Assembly: GCA_964454155.1 (NCBI GenBank)
Contig: CAYVQI010000001.1
Coordinates: 4,844-68,843 of the forward strand
DNA: 64,000 nt
Direction: 5' to 3'
Source: an uncultured Alteromonadaceae bacterium
Lineage (GTDB): Bacteria; Pseudomonadota; Gammaproteobacteria; Pseudomonadales; Halieaceae
Part shown: positions 39,474 to 51,814 of the stretch, in pieces
Numbering within the stretch: the stretch's first letter is position 1
Layout of the letters: every line of letters begins with the position of its first letter
The notes under the pieces: model-generated
Told to the model about the DNA's origin: nothing
The model's input: the letters and a program-made list of their open reading frames with translations, nothing else
Databases searched by the model: none
Position numbers and translations under genes: made by a program

Positions 39474-40160
39474 CTACACCTGAGCGGCATAAAAAGTCTC
39501 ACACACTAACGAGAAGCCGTGAACCATTTCTCGCTCACCCTCAAGCCCAGAAATAATGTCGACGAACCAGCCTTCAGTGCGAGTATCGAGCATACGACCG
39601 ACCTCCGCTCGGTCTGAGGACCCAAACGAAACCATAAGCAATCCCGCAGTCTCACCCGTGTCCCCCATGTACACCTGCATCGTGACATCTAAGCCGCGCT
39701 TCTTCATTTCCGCATGAATCTTATCTAATGCAGCGATGTAACCACTTGGATTGTCGGTCTTCACGTGTAGGTTGTAGTAGTGACCTTTTTCGGAAACCTC
39801 GGCGGCACGAACGATTCGCCAGTTGTCCCACATTCTCACTTCGCGTTTAACGTCCAATTTCGCAACTTCTGCCCGCACCGCAGCGTTCATGGGATCGACA
39901 CTCCAAGCGGCCTCTTGAGAGTCAAAAAATGACCATAGGTAATGATCTCCCATCTTTTGCGCACCTGAGGTTGGAGAGCAAAGGCCGAACGCCATTGCAC
40001 CATTAGCGGTCGCAATGGTTTTCGCACTGCCCTTTGCCCACGCCGCGTAACCCGCCGCATCATTTGTATTGACTGTAATTAGGCTCATGACCGGCTCTGC
40101 GTGCGCAGTCGCGCAAGCGCAAATAAAAAGAGGTCCAAGTAGTTTACTGATGGTCTTCAT
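39474..40160 (-). CDS. Exported hypothetical protein with an internal duplication
   Basis: Signal peptide ending AHA-E; strong RBS AAGGAG; own terminator; two similar ~100-aa halves. Confidence 0.8.
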   Translation of the reverse strand: MKTISKLLGPLFICACATAHAEPVMSLITVNTNDAAGYAAWAKGSAKTIATANGAMAFGLCSPTSGAQKMGDHYLWSFFDSQEAAWSVDPMNAAVRAEVAKLDVKREVRMWDNWRIVRAAEVSEKGHYYNLHVKTDNPSGYIAALDKIHAEMKKRGLDVTMQVYMGDTGETAGLLMVSFGSSDRAEVGRMLDTRTEGWFVDIISGLEGEREMVHGFSLVCETFYAAQV

Positions 40161-40361
40161 TTAAAACTCCTTAATTTAGTTTTACTAAGATCGAACAATA
40201 AGATGTGTTCGCTTAAAACATAGGAGAGTCTTGAAAAAGCGCTACTTTTTTTCGATGCAGACGATCGAATGCGCCACGCGGACAACACCCCGCAGTATCT
40301 GATGCAAGGGCAGCGTCAGCCTGATCTTTGGGCCCCTAAGAGGAGCCCCGCGATCCTGTCT

Positions 40362-41492
40362 TTACTCGGTGTCGAGCAACAAGGGTGCAAGACGCTTCCG
40401 ATGATGCATTGCGTCGCCAAATTGCTGCTGACTCCACGCTGCTCTGCGAATGAATAGCGACGAGTCACACTCCCAAGTAAAGCCGAATCCGCCGTGAAAT
40501 TGAACCGACCGATCACCTGCATATTGAATAGTGTCAGACGCTTGGGCCTTGGCCATACGGCACGCGACCTCGGCGTCTGGACTCAATGGACCCTCACCGA
40601 TCTCACTGGATGCGTGATAAACCAGTGATCGCGCCTGCTCCATGCCAACGTAAATATCGACGGTGGGGTGTTTTAGCGCCTGAAACGAACCAATCAACTT
40701 ACCGAACTGCTTACGCGTTTTAAGGTAGTCGACAATGCCCGAGAGGCAAGCGGAGGTTGATCCGACCGCTTCTGCCGCCGTCAATAAGGCACCAATCAGT
40801 AAGTAGTCTCGAACAGCTGGACCCACTTTTTCACTCGACAATACTCGAGAAGCTTTGATCCCAGTGAAGTCGATGGTCGTGGCTCGCTTGGTCAAGTCGA
40901 TCAGCGCATGGGGTTCTTGCACCTGCGCCGAGACATCACTTCCCGCAACCAGTGCAACCACCGACTCACCACGAGAATTCGCGCCCACCACGGCGATCCA
41001 GGCCGCATGTGCTGCATCGGGCACCATGAACTTACGACCGGATAAAACACCGTCTTCTGCAACAGTGACACCCGAATTGGCCCCTCCCCAATCGCTGTGG
41101 TCAAGGTAGGCCACCGTAGCCGCAACACCACCGGAAATCTCCTCAAGGACATCTTCCTCGGCAATGCCACCCGCCCGTCGAATAAGCTCTGACGCCAGCA
41201 CCGTTGAAACCAGTGGTGTTCCCATGAGGCCTTTACCCATCGACTCGATCACTGGAATGAGGGGGCCAATACCTAAGCCTGAACCCCCGACAGACTCAGG
41301 CAGATTAATACCGGTCCACCCTAAATCCACCAGCTCCTGCCAAACAGGCTCAGAGAAACCCTCCTTGCTCTCGAGCAATCGTCGGACTTCGCTGCCCGGC
41401 GATTTGTCTTTGACAAACTCTCGAGCCACATCCAAGAGCATGCTCTGTTCTTCGGAGAAATCGATCTTTTTGCTTCCAATGATTGCGCTCAT
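40362..41492 (-). CDS. Acyl-CoA dehydrogenase family protein (partner subunit type)
   Basis: FSEEQ, WQELVDLGW, RKQFGKLIGSFQALKH, QFHGGFGFTWE. Confidence 0.9.
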   Translation of the reverse strand: MSAIIGSKKIDFSEEQSMLLDVAREFVKDKSPGSEVRRLLESKEGFSEPVWQELVDLGWTGINLPESVGGSGLGIGPLIPVIESMGKGLMGTPLVSTVLASELIRRAGGIAEEDVLEEISGGVAATVAYLDHSDWGGANSGVTVAEDGVLSGRKFMVPDAAHAAWIAVVGANSRGESVVALVAGSDVSAQVQEPHALIDLTKRATTIDFTGIKASRVLSSEKVGPAVRDYLLIGALLTAAEAVGSTSACLSGIVDYLKTRKQFGKLIGSFQALKHPTVDIYVGMEQARSLVYHASSEIGEGPLSPDAEVACRMAKAQASDTIQYAGDRSVQFHGGFGFTWECDSSLFIRRAAWSQQQFGDAMHHRKRLAPLLLDTE

Positions 41493-41503
41493 ACGCGTAC
41501 CCC

Positions 41504-42709
41504 TTAAGACTTTGGCAGGCCGAGCACGTGCTCGCCGATAATATTAGCTTGGATCTGGGTCGTGCCTCCGCCAATGGTGGTGCCGAAATTTGCAAAGTAG
41601 GCGCGCTGCCAAAATCCACCTTTATAGGACTGATCGTCGTCCATAAAAAGGGCGCCCTGCGGACCTTGCACGTGGGCCCCCATCATTTTCAGACGCCGAG
41701 CGTATTCCGTATGACGATATTTATTTGAGAGCGCAATACCGAAGGGGTGATCGGTATTAAGCGCAGGAATGGCTGCTCGTCGATCACTGATCGAATTCGC
41801 TTTTGCCTCAATGGCCAGCTTGACGAGCTCGTCGCGAATCATCGCATCCTGCAAAATGGGCGCGCCATCTCGCTCGAAGTCCTGCATGGCGTCCATGAGA
41901 TCTTCCAGACCGATCGACTGCATAGAGTGCGCACTCGCCTGCCCTGCGATAACACCGCGCTCGTATTCGAGTGTTTTCATGGCCATGCGCCAACCACCAC
42001 CCTCGTCGCCGAGTAGGCAGGAGGCGGGAATACGCGCATCAGTGAAAAAAGTCTCGTTAAAACCGTATTCGCCCGTGACCTTACGAATGGGCCGCGCTTC
42101 AACACCGGGGACGTGCATGGGCGATAAGAAAAACGACAAGCCATCATATTTTCGCGCGGTGGTATTGTCGGTGCGGGCAAGCAGAATCATGTGGTCTGCG
42201 TAGTTACCCAAGGTCGTCCAGATCTTACTGCCATTGACGATGTACTCATCGCCATCGCGAACCGCTTTTGTCTGTACGTTACCCAAGTCCGAGCCATGGT
42301 CTGGCTCAGAGAAGCCCTGACACCAGATTTCATCGCCGGTCAGAATATTCTTAATGTAGCGCTGGCGATCTTCTTCCGTGCCCACGTCCAATAGCAGCGG
42401 CCCCGTCCAGTTGAGACCAATGGTGTTGAAAATAATTGGGGCATTGTGTGCTGTGAGCGCCTTGTCGACGATACCCTGAAAGGCGGCGTCGCTTCCCTGG
42501 CCACCGTATTTGGTCGGCCAATGCATACCCAAAAACCCTGCGCTCCAGAGCTTGTGCTGCCAATCACGAAGGAAGTCGAGCTGCTGCTCGGTTCCCACTT
42601 CCAGAAACGTCAAAGGCAGAAGAAAGCCTGGATTTTTTGGCACATTTTCCGCCATCCACTGATCGACGTCGGATTGGAAATTTTTTAGACTGGTTTCGAT
42701 TGCTGTCAT
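41504..42709 (-). CDS. Acyl-CoA dehydrogenase
   Basis: WCQGFSEPDHGSDL, VNGSKIWTT, FNETFF, TLEYER, TIGGGTTQIQ. Confidence 0.92.
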   Translation of the reverse strand: MTAIETSLKNFQSDVDQWMAENVPKNPGFLLPLTFLEVGTEQQLDFLRDWQHKLWSAGFLGMHWPTKYGGQGSDAAFQGIVDKALTAHNAPIIFNTIGLNWTGPLLLDVGTEEDRQRYIKNILTGDEIWCQGFSEPDHGSDLGNVQTKAVRDGDEYIVNGSKIWTTLGNYADHMILLARTDNTTARKYDGLSFFLSPMHVPGVEARPIRKVTGEYGFNETFFTDARIPASCLLGDEGGGWRMAMKTLEYERGVIAGQASAHSMQSIGLEDLMDAMQDFERDGAPILQDAMIRDELVKLAIEAKANSISDRRAAIPALNTDHPFGIALSNKYRHTEYARRLKMMGAHVQGPQGALFMDDDQSYKGGFWQRAYFANFGTTIGGGTTQIQANIIGEHVLGLPKS

Positions 42710-42730
42710 TTCGTTTACCTCGTATGTCTC

Positions 42731-43897
42731 TTAGAGCCCGTACTGCCTGCTCGCCAAATCTCTCATAATTTCTTCAGAGCCGCCGCCAATCGCGTTGACT
42801 CTGACCTCTCGGTAAATGCGTTCGACACGACTGCCTCGCATGTACCCCATGCCTCCCAGGATTTGCATCGCTTCGCGTGCACAGAATTCCATCACCTCAC
42901 TCGATTGAACTTTGAGCAAAGCAATGTCTCCGGCATTCGCCTCCCCCGCCTCAATGGCCTCGTAACAAATACGAATGTAGGCCTGCGTGGCATTAAGCTT
43001 TTGTTTCATCATAGCAATCTTGTGACGAATCACCTGGTGATCAGCCAATCGTTTACCGAACGTCTGACGCTCTGTCGCCCAAGCAACCGCCTCTTCCATG
43101 CACACGCGGCCGAAGGCTTCCATGGAAGCCGCCATGCCCATACGCTCTGCATTGAAGTTGGTCATAATGACCTTAAAGCCCTGGTTCTCTTGTCCAATAA
43201 GGTTCGAAACAGGCACACGCACGTTGTCAAAGTATAACGTCGCTGTATCGGACGCCCACCAGCCCATCTTTTTATCAAGCGCCGTTCGTGAAAAACCCTC
43301 AGCATTGGTGGGGATAAGCAACATCGAAACACCGGTTGCACCCTCACCACCGGTTCGAACTGCCGTAGAGACATAATTCGCTCGCATCCCCCCGGTGATG
43401 TACGTTTTGGAGCCATTGACAATGTAATGGTCACCGTCGCGAACAGCCGTTGTCTTCAAGCTCGCGACATCTGAGCCACCACCAGGTTCGGTAATACCCA
43501 GTGAAATCCATGACTCGCCACGCAGCACTGGTGGCGCTATTTCGGACTTCATTTCCTCGGTTCCCCAATTAATAACCGGTGGCAGCCCAATACCGTGAAC
43601 CATCAGCGACGCCGATAAGCCACCCACACCGACGCGCGATAGCTCTTCATTAATAATCCAGTTGTGCCAGCTGTCGGTCTCCATACCGCCGTATTGCTCC
43701 GGGTAACCGGCGCCCAAGAGACCAACCTCAGCCGCCTTAGGCCAAAGCTCGATAGGAATGTGGCCCGCCTCGTCCCACTCGTCGGCATAAGGCATCACCG
43801 CTTTATCAATAAAACGCCTGAGCGCGTCACGCCACGCTAAGTGATCCTCGGTCAAATGAGGATTAGGTATTCGTGCAGAGTCGAATGTGAGGCTCAT
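42731..43897 (-). CDS. Acyl-CoA dehydrogenase (LCAD/AtuD-like)
   Basis: ITEPGGGSDVA, NGSKTYIT, FNAERM, QILGGMGYM, AIGGGSEEIM. Start set at ATG 43897. Confidence 0.92.
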   Translation of the reverse strand: MSLTFDSARIPNPHLTEDHLAWRDALRRFIDKAVMPYADEWDEAGHIPIELWPKAAEVGLLGAGYPEQYGGMETDSWHNWIINEELSRVGVGGLSASLMVHGIGLPPVINWGTEEMKSEIAPPVLRGESWISLGITEPGGGSDVASLKTTAVRDGDHYIVNGSKTYITGGMRANYVSTAVRTGGEGATGVSMLLIPTNAEGFSRTALDKKMGWWASDTATLYFDNVRVPVSNLIGQENQGFKVIMTNFNAERMGMAASMEAFGRVCMEEAVAWATERQTFGKRLADHQVIRHKIAMMKQKLNATQAYIRICYEAIEAGEANAGDIALLKVQSSEVMEFCAREAMQILGGMGYMRGSRVERIYREVRVNAIGGGSEEIMRDLASRQYGL

Positions 43898-44065
43898 TGT
43901 GCTTCCCAGAACTATTTTTTTTGTCCCGGAAGTTATAGGCGGCGACAAGGGGCGAGTCAAATCGAATTACGCGCTAGAATAGCATCCGAGGATACAGAGT
44001 CTGCGTAGTGTTTATAGCAAAATACACTGGCTGTTATCACTCAGTGCTTCACCACAGGACCCGGT

Positions 44066-45145
44066 ATGAGATTTATTGGTGCGTCGAACTACGACCACGG
44101 AACAAAACCCAAGATAGGCGTACTGCTGACGAACCTCGGAACACCCGAGGCGCCGACGGCGAAGGCGCTTCGCCCCTATCTCAAGCAGTTCCTTTGGGAC
44201 CCGCGGGTCGTCGAAGTCCCGCGCCTACTGTGGTGGATGATCCTTCACGCGTTTATTTTGACTACGCGCCCCAAAAAATCGGCTGAGGCCTACGCAGAAG
44301 TCTGGACAGAGCGTGGTTCGCCACTGCTTTACCACTTAGAAGATCAAGTCGCAGGGGTGCATGACACACTCACGGCCCGCCTAGGCGAGCACGTCATTGT
44401 CAAAGGCGCGATGCGATACGGTCAACCGTCGATCGAGTCGCAAGTTCAAGCACTCCTTGGGGAAGGCGTTCAACAATTGGTTGTACTGCCACTCTACCCA
44501 CAGTTTGGCGGGCCGACGACCGCCTCGACGTTCGATGCTTTATCGACTGAGTTACAGCGTCAGCGCTGGGTCCCTGACCTTCGGTTCGTCAGTTCGTATC
44601 ACGATCATCCGGCGTATATAAAAGCGATCGCGCAGAGTGTGCAGCAACACTGGCACACGCACGGTCGTGCGGATAAACTCATTTTGTCTTACCACGGCAT
44701 GCCAAAGCGTTATTTGCTCGAGGGCGACCCGTACCACTGCCAATGCCTAAAAACATCGCGCTTGGTTGCGGCTGAGCTGGAGCTTGGTGAAAACGACTAC
44801 CTGTCAACGTTCCAGTCTCGTTTTGGTCGAGACGAGTGGCTAAAACCCTATACCGATGAGACGCTGCAAAGTCTTCCAGACCAAGGTGTAAAATCACTGC
44901 AAATTATCTGCCCTGGGTTCTCAGCCGATTGTCTTGAGACCATTGAAGAGATTGGCATGGAAAACCGTGACTACTTCTTAGAGGCCGGTGGCGAGCGCTA
45001 CGAATACATCGCCTGCTTAAATGCGACAACAGACCACATAGACGTCATTTCAACGCTCGTCACCGAGCAGCTCGAAGGTTGGACAGCGCCAAAATACGAC
45101 GCAGCGGCCGCTAAGCGTGAGGCTATTCAGTTAGGCGGAAACTAA
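44066..45145 (+). CDS. hemH: Ferrochelatase
   Basis: NLGTP, MRYGQP, LPLYPQ, SYHG.P, FQSRFG, WLKPYT, GFSADCLETIEEI. Confidence 0.95.
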   Translation: MRFIGASNYDHGTKPKIGVLLTNLGTPEAPTAKALRPYLKQFLWDPRVVEVPRLLWWMILHAFILTTRPKKSAEAYAEVWTERGSPLLYHLEDQVAGVHDTLTARLGEHVIVKGAMRYGQPSIESQVQALLGEGVQQLVVLPLYPQFGGPTTASTFDALSTELQRQRWVPDLRFVSSYHDHPAYIKAIAQSVQQHWHTHGRADKLILSYHGMPKRYLLEGDPYHCQCLKTSRLVAAELELGENDYLSTFQSRFGRDEWLKPYTDETLQSLPDQGVKSLQIICPGFSADCLETIEEIGMENRDYFLEAGGERYEYIACLNATTDHIDVISTLVTEQLEGWTAPKYDAAAAKREAIQLGGN

Positions 45146-45154
45146 TTGCCCGCA

Positions 45155-45970
45155 TTATTGGTGGTAGTGCGGCTCAAGTAGCCCCAGCGCTAAAGCAATG
45201 GCGAGCCCCAGCGCAAAGCTTACTGTCAACTTGACGCGATCGTGACTGTGAAACTGGACTTCGGGTAAAATATCGGCGAGCGCGATGCACATAAACGCGC
45301 CTGCTGAAAAAGCCAACGCCGCGGGCAGTACATTCGCAATGGGGCCGTTAAAGCCCAGGTAAAATGCAATTGCCGCAATGGGACACAGCGCGGCAAAAAT
45401 CGCGTTGGTGATTGCGCGATGTCTCTCACTCCAGCCATCCAGACGCATCATCGTCTCGATCGACAAAGAATCGAGCGGTTTGTGCAGTAAAATTGCAACG
45501 AAGACTGCAAATCCAGGCAAGACAAGCGACGTCACTTCAACTCTGAGAATCGCACCCAGCGCGACGCCGTCCAAGATGGTGTGAATGCTCAGACCCAAAA
45601 ACAAACCAAGCCATCCCACGTCACGAGGGGGGTGCGCGTGATCATGTGCGTGTGCGTGATCGTGGGCGTTTGCTTCTAAGCAGGCCGTGTCGTTATCAAT
45701 AATATCGTGCTGATGAAAGTGAAAGAGCCTCAGGAGCAACAACATAAAAACGAGACCACCCAATACAAAATACATGGTCTGATCAATCGACTGTCCAAGC
45801 TCAACACTGTGCGGAATAAGGTGTAGACCCGCAACACCCAGCATCAGTCCCGCGACAAGGCTCATCACCAGCTGGGTCTGCACGTGAGACAACTGATAGC
45901 GCCGAGGCAGCCAACCACCCATCCAGGAGGCTAAAAATAGCGCGAGACTGTACGTTATCAATGTCATCAT
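45155..45970 (-). CDS. ZIP-family metal transporter
   Basis: GLMLG...HLIP, His-rich loop HDHAHAHDHAH, HTILDG, LLHKP, DILPE. Confidence 0.88.
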   Translation of the reverse strand: MMTLITYSLALFLASWMGGWLPRRYQLSHVQTQLVMSLVAGLMLGVAGLHLIPHSVELGQSIDQTMYFVLGGLVFMLLLLRLFHFHQHDIIDNDTACLEANAHDHAHAHDHAHPPRDVGWLGLFLGLSIHTILDGVALGAILRVEVTSLVLPGFAVFVAILLHKPLDSLSIETMMRLDGWSERHRAITNAIFAALCPIAAIAFYLGFNGPIANVLPAALAFSAGAFMCIALADILPEVQFHSHDRVKLTVSFALGLAIALALGLLEPHYHQ

Positions 45971-45982
45971 TGTCTGTTCCGG

Positions 45983-48318
<2,336 letters not shown>

Positions 48319-48338
48319 CTACTCCCCGCAGGCAAACC

Positions 48339-48370
48339 AAAAAAAAAGCCCCGTCGACTGACAGGGCTTT
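48339..48370 (-). terminator. Intrinsic terminator between rpmA and obgE
   Basis: Minus strand AAAGCCCUGUC-agu-CGACGGGGC followed by U9. Confidence 0.75.
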
Positions 48371-48388
48371 CTCAGAAAAAAACTGCGA

Positions 48389-48646
48389 TTAGCCAGTCAC
48401 AATACGAACTTGCTTACGATTTTGCGGCCCGCCCTTGTAGAACTCAACTTTACCTGCTGCGGTTGCAAATAATGTGTGGTCTTTAGCCACACGAACGTTT
48501 GAACCTGCATGAAACTTGGTGCCGCGCTGACGAACAATAATGCTGCCTGCCGATACTTCTTGACCACCGAAGGCTTTAACGCCCAGGCGTTTACTCTCGC
48601 TGTCGCGTCCGTTACGGGTACTACCACCAGCTTTTTTATGTGCCAT
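48389..48646 (-). CDS. rpmA: 50S ribosomal protein L27
   Basis: [16 protein letters not shown]. Confidence 0.98.
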   Translation of the reverse strand: MAHKKAGGSTRNGRDSESKRLGVKAFGGQEVSAGSIIVRQRGTKFHAGSNVRVAKDHTLFATAAGKVEFYKGGPQNRKQVRIVTG

Positions 48647-48661
48647 TAGACTACTCCCTGG

Positions 48662-48973
48662 TTATCCCTTGATGCCTGTGATTTTAACTTCCGTGTACCA
48701 CTGCCGATGACCTGTCTCATTGCGGTAGTGCTTACGGCGATTGAACTTCACAATCTTAATCTTTGCGTGGCGCCCATGGCTCACCACTTCCGCGGTGACC
48801 GTGCTGCCGTCGACGACCGGCTCTCCGATCTTAACATCTGCGCCTTCGCCCACCATGAGTACTTGGTCGAATTCGACCGACTCGCCTGTCGCGACTTCAA
48901 GCTTCTCGAGCTTGAGCACTTCACCTTCTTCTACGCGGTGCTGCTTACCACCGCTGACAATGACTGCGTACAT
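48662..48973 (-). CDS. rplU: 50S ribosomal protein L21
   Basis: [21 protein letters not shown]. Confidence 0.98.
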   Translation of the reverse strand: MYAVIVSGGKQHRVEEGEVLKLEKLEVATGESVEFDQVLMVGEGADVKIGEPVVDGSTVTAEVVSHGRHAKIKIVKFNRRKHYRNETGHRQWYTEVKITGIKG

Positions 48974-49179
48974 ATTTTTTCCTTCCAGTTAGCCTGCTCG
49001 CTGTGTAATAACCGCATTGCGGGGCAGAGCGTAGGCACTCGAGTTACGATCACAAATAAGGGCGCGGAGAATACGTGTTTTCGCGTCATGACGCAAGGCC
49101 ATCCCTAACTCGCCGACCCGCCTGGTGGCAACAAAGACAACCAGACCTTATAATCGCGCCTCACCGCGGAGATGCCCCT

Positions 49180-50145
49180 TTGATAAATGACATAAGAGCC
49201 AGCGTTGAGGCGGACTTCGCCAGAGTAAACACGCTGATCATCGACCAACTGTATTCCGACGTCGACATGGTCGAAAACGTTGGTCAATACATTGTCGACT
49301 CCGGCGGCAAGCGCCTGCGTCCGCTGCTGACGCTTCTGGCCGCTGCGTCGGTGGGTGAAGTAACCGAAAAGCACATCACATTCGCAGCGATTATCGAGTT
49401 TATACACACGGCCACTTTGCTTCATGATGACGTCGTTGATCTCTCCACTCTTCGTCGCGGAAGACCCACGGTCAACAGTGAATTTGGCAACGCGCCCAGT
49501 GTGCTTGTGGGCGATTTTCTCTACACGCGTGCCTTCCAGCTCATGGTGCAACTGGATGACATGCGAATACTGGCGTTAATGGCGAATGTGACCAACCAGA
49601 TTGCCGAGGGTGAGGTGTTACAACTCGTGCGCGCGGGGGATCCTGAAACGTCCCGTGAACAATATTTCGACGTTATCACTCGTAAAACCGCTATTTTGTT
49701 TGCAGCCGCCTGTGAAGGTGCGGTGATGTTAAGTGGCGAAAGCGACGGCATACTCGCCCGAATGCACAGCGTTGGACTGAACTTAGGGATTGCGTTCCAG
49801 CTGATCGACGACGTTTTGGACTACGAGGGTGACCCCGAGACCACGGGTAAAAACGTCGGTGACGACCTCAACGAGGGCAAGCCCACACTTCCACTGATTC
49901 ACGCGATGAACCATGCGTCACCTGAGGGCGCCGCCTTGATCGCCGACTCTATTCGTCAAAAGTCAGTCGAAAACCTCGACGCCGTTGTGGCGCTCGCTAA
50001 GACCACCGGCGGCATTCAAGAAACTCGTCGTGCTGCGGTTGAACACTGTGGGCGTGTGAGCACTGCACTTGCCGGTCTGCCGGCAACGGCCGCAAGAACC
50101 AGCCTCGAAAAATTAGCTGAATTTTCTATCGCTCGGGAGAGTTAA
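49180..50145 (+). CDS. ispB: Octaprenyl/polyprenyl diphosphate synthase
   Basis: GGKRLRP, LLHDDVVD, FQLIDDVLD, GKPTLP; divergent from rplU. TTG start after GGAG. Confidence 0.93.
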   Translation: MINDIRASVEADFARVNTLIIDQLYSDVDMVENVGQYIVDSGGKRLRPLLTLLAAASVGEVTEKHITFAAIIEFIHTATLLHDDVVDLSTLRRGRPTVNSEFGNAPSVLVGDFLYTRAFQLMVQLDDMRILALMANVTNQIAEGEVLQLVRAGDPETSREQYFDVITRKTAILFAAACEGAVMLSGESDGILARMHSVGLNLGIAFQLIDDVLDYEGDPETTGKNVGDDLNEGKPTLPLIHAMNHASPEGAALIADSIRQKSVENLDAVVALAKTTGGIQETRRAAVEHCGRVSTALAGLPATAARTSLEKLAEFSIARES

Positions 50146-50148
50146 CCC

Positions 50149-51756
50149 ATGCTGCTAAGCAGTGATCACGCCGCCCTCAAGGCCGAGGCGGATCGCCTCA
50201 AAACGGTCTCGATTACCACTCTTTTTGATCAAGACCCAGCCCGCGTCGACGCGCTGAGTTTGTCTGCTGCCGGTTTACAGCTTGATGCCTCAAAGCAGCG
50301 GATTGACCGCTCCACATTGCGGGTACTGGCCAGCGCAGCAACCGGTGCCGACCTGCAGGGCAAGTACTTACAATTGATCAGCGGCGCTCAGGTCAATATC
50401 ACCGAAGAGCGTGCCGCGCTGCACACGCTTTTACGGGGGACGGCAGCAGGAGAGCTGCCCGAACTCACTAAAGCGGTCAACAGCACCCTTCAACGCATGT
50501 CCGAAGCAACCCATGCGGTTCATTCAGGTGCCCACACAGGCGCCACGGGCAAACCCTTCACCGACGTTATTAATATTGGCATTGGTGGTTCGGACTTGGG
50601 CCCCCGAATGGTGTGCCGCGCGCTCGATAGCGCAACGCCAAACCTGCGCACGCACTTTATTTCAAACGTCGACCCGCACGATCTCGATGTCGTGACTCGA
50701 GGGCTAAACCCTGAGACCACCCTGCTGGTCGTCTGCTCTAAGACCTTTACCACCGAAGAAACACTGACCAACGCGCAACGTGCGAAGCAATGGCTGCTCA
50801 ACGGTGGCGTACCCGAAGCATGCATTGGGCAGCATGTGTTTGCCGTGACCACTAATCTGGCCGCCGCGGGGGCGTTTGGCATCTCTGCAGATGCCTGCTT
50901 CCCGATGTGGGACTGGGTCGGCGGTCGTTACTCTGTGTGGTCGGCCATCGGCCTCGTCATCGCGCTAGGCTATGGCTGGTCTGCATTTACCGGGCTACTG
51001 GCCGGTGCAAACGCGCTGGACGAGCATGCGCGGGAAGTCGACCCACTTAAGAACGTGCCCATGCTGATGGCACTGCTAGAGCTCTGGAACACTCGCTATT
51101 TAGGCGTTGAGACTCATGTTGTGCTCCCCTATTCGCAGCGTCTTGAGCATCTTTCTGACTTCTTACAACAGCTCACCATGGAAAGTAACGGCAAGCGCGT
51201 CACCCTCACGGGCGAGGAAATTACCGAAGCCACCGCCCCGGTCTTGTGGGGATCAGCCGGCACCATAGGGCAGCACTCCTACTACCAACTGCTGCACCAA
51301 GGCAATCGTCGCTTTACCGCAGACATTGTTTTGCCACTGACCAATGGCGACGTCAATTTAGACGCGCACCGTAAGCTCGCCGCCAACGCTCTGGCGCAGA
51401 GCCGCGCGTTTTTGATCGGACGAACGATGGAGGAGTCTACTGAACTCGCGCGCGAAAAAGGACTGCCACCTGAGCTCGCGCCGCATTTTCAGATGCCGGG
51501 CAATCACCCGCACAACACGCTTGTTATGACGGCGGTCAGTGCAGAAACTGTGGGCGCCATGATCGCCACATACGAACACAAAACCTACTTTTTATCAGCG
51601 CTAATGGGACTCAATGCGTTCGATCAATGGGGCGTTGAGCTCGGTAAAGCCATAGGCAAGCAAATTCGCACGACGCTTGAGAACGCAACAGGAATGGACG
51701 ACCTTGATGCGTCAACCGCGGCACTGGCCACCGCCTGGTTGGACGCAAACCGCTGA
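50149..51756 (+). CDS. pgi: Glucose-6-phosphate isomerase
   Basis: IGIGGSDLGP, VGGRYS, MESNGK, GQHSYYQLLHQG, FDQWGVELGK. Confidence 0.95.
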   Translation: MLLSSDHAALKAEADRLKTVSITTLFDQDPARVDALSLSAAGLQLDASKQRIDRSTLRVLASAATGADLQGKYLQLISGAQVNITEERAALHTLLRGTAAGELPELTKAVNSTLQRMSEATHAVHSGAHTGATGKPFTDVINIGIGGSDLGPRMVCRALDSATPNLRTHFISNVDPHDLDVVTRGLNPETTLLVVCSKTFTTEETLTNAQRAKQWLLNGGVPEACIGQHVFAVTTNLAAAGAFGISADACFPMWDWVGGRYSVWSAIGLVIALGYGWSAFTGLLAGANALDEHAREVDPLKNVPMLMALLELWNTRYLGVETHVVLPYSQRLEHLSDFLQQLTMESNGKRVTLTGEEITEATAPVLWGSAGTIGQHSYYQLLHQGNRRFTADIVLPLTNGDVNLDAHRKLAANALAQSRAFLIGRTMEESTELAREKGLPPELAPHFQMPGNHPHNTLVMTAVSAETVGAMIATYEHKTYFLSALMGLNAFDQWGVELGKAIGKQIRTTLENATGMDDLDASTAALATAWLDANR

Positions 51757-51765
51757 AGGTTCGTT

Positions 51766-51796
51766 AAAAAAAAGCCCGGTCATCACCGGGCTTTTT
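51766..51796. terminator. Bidirectional terminator between pgi and the thiolase
   Basis: A-tract-GCCCGGT-catc-ACCGGGC-TTTTT. Confidence 0.9.
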
Positions 51797-51814
51797 GCTA
51801 CGCAGACGTGAGGC

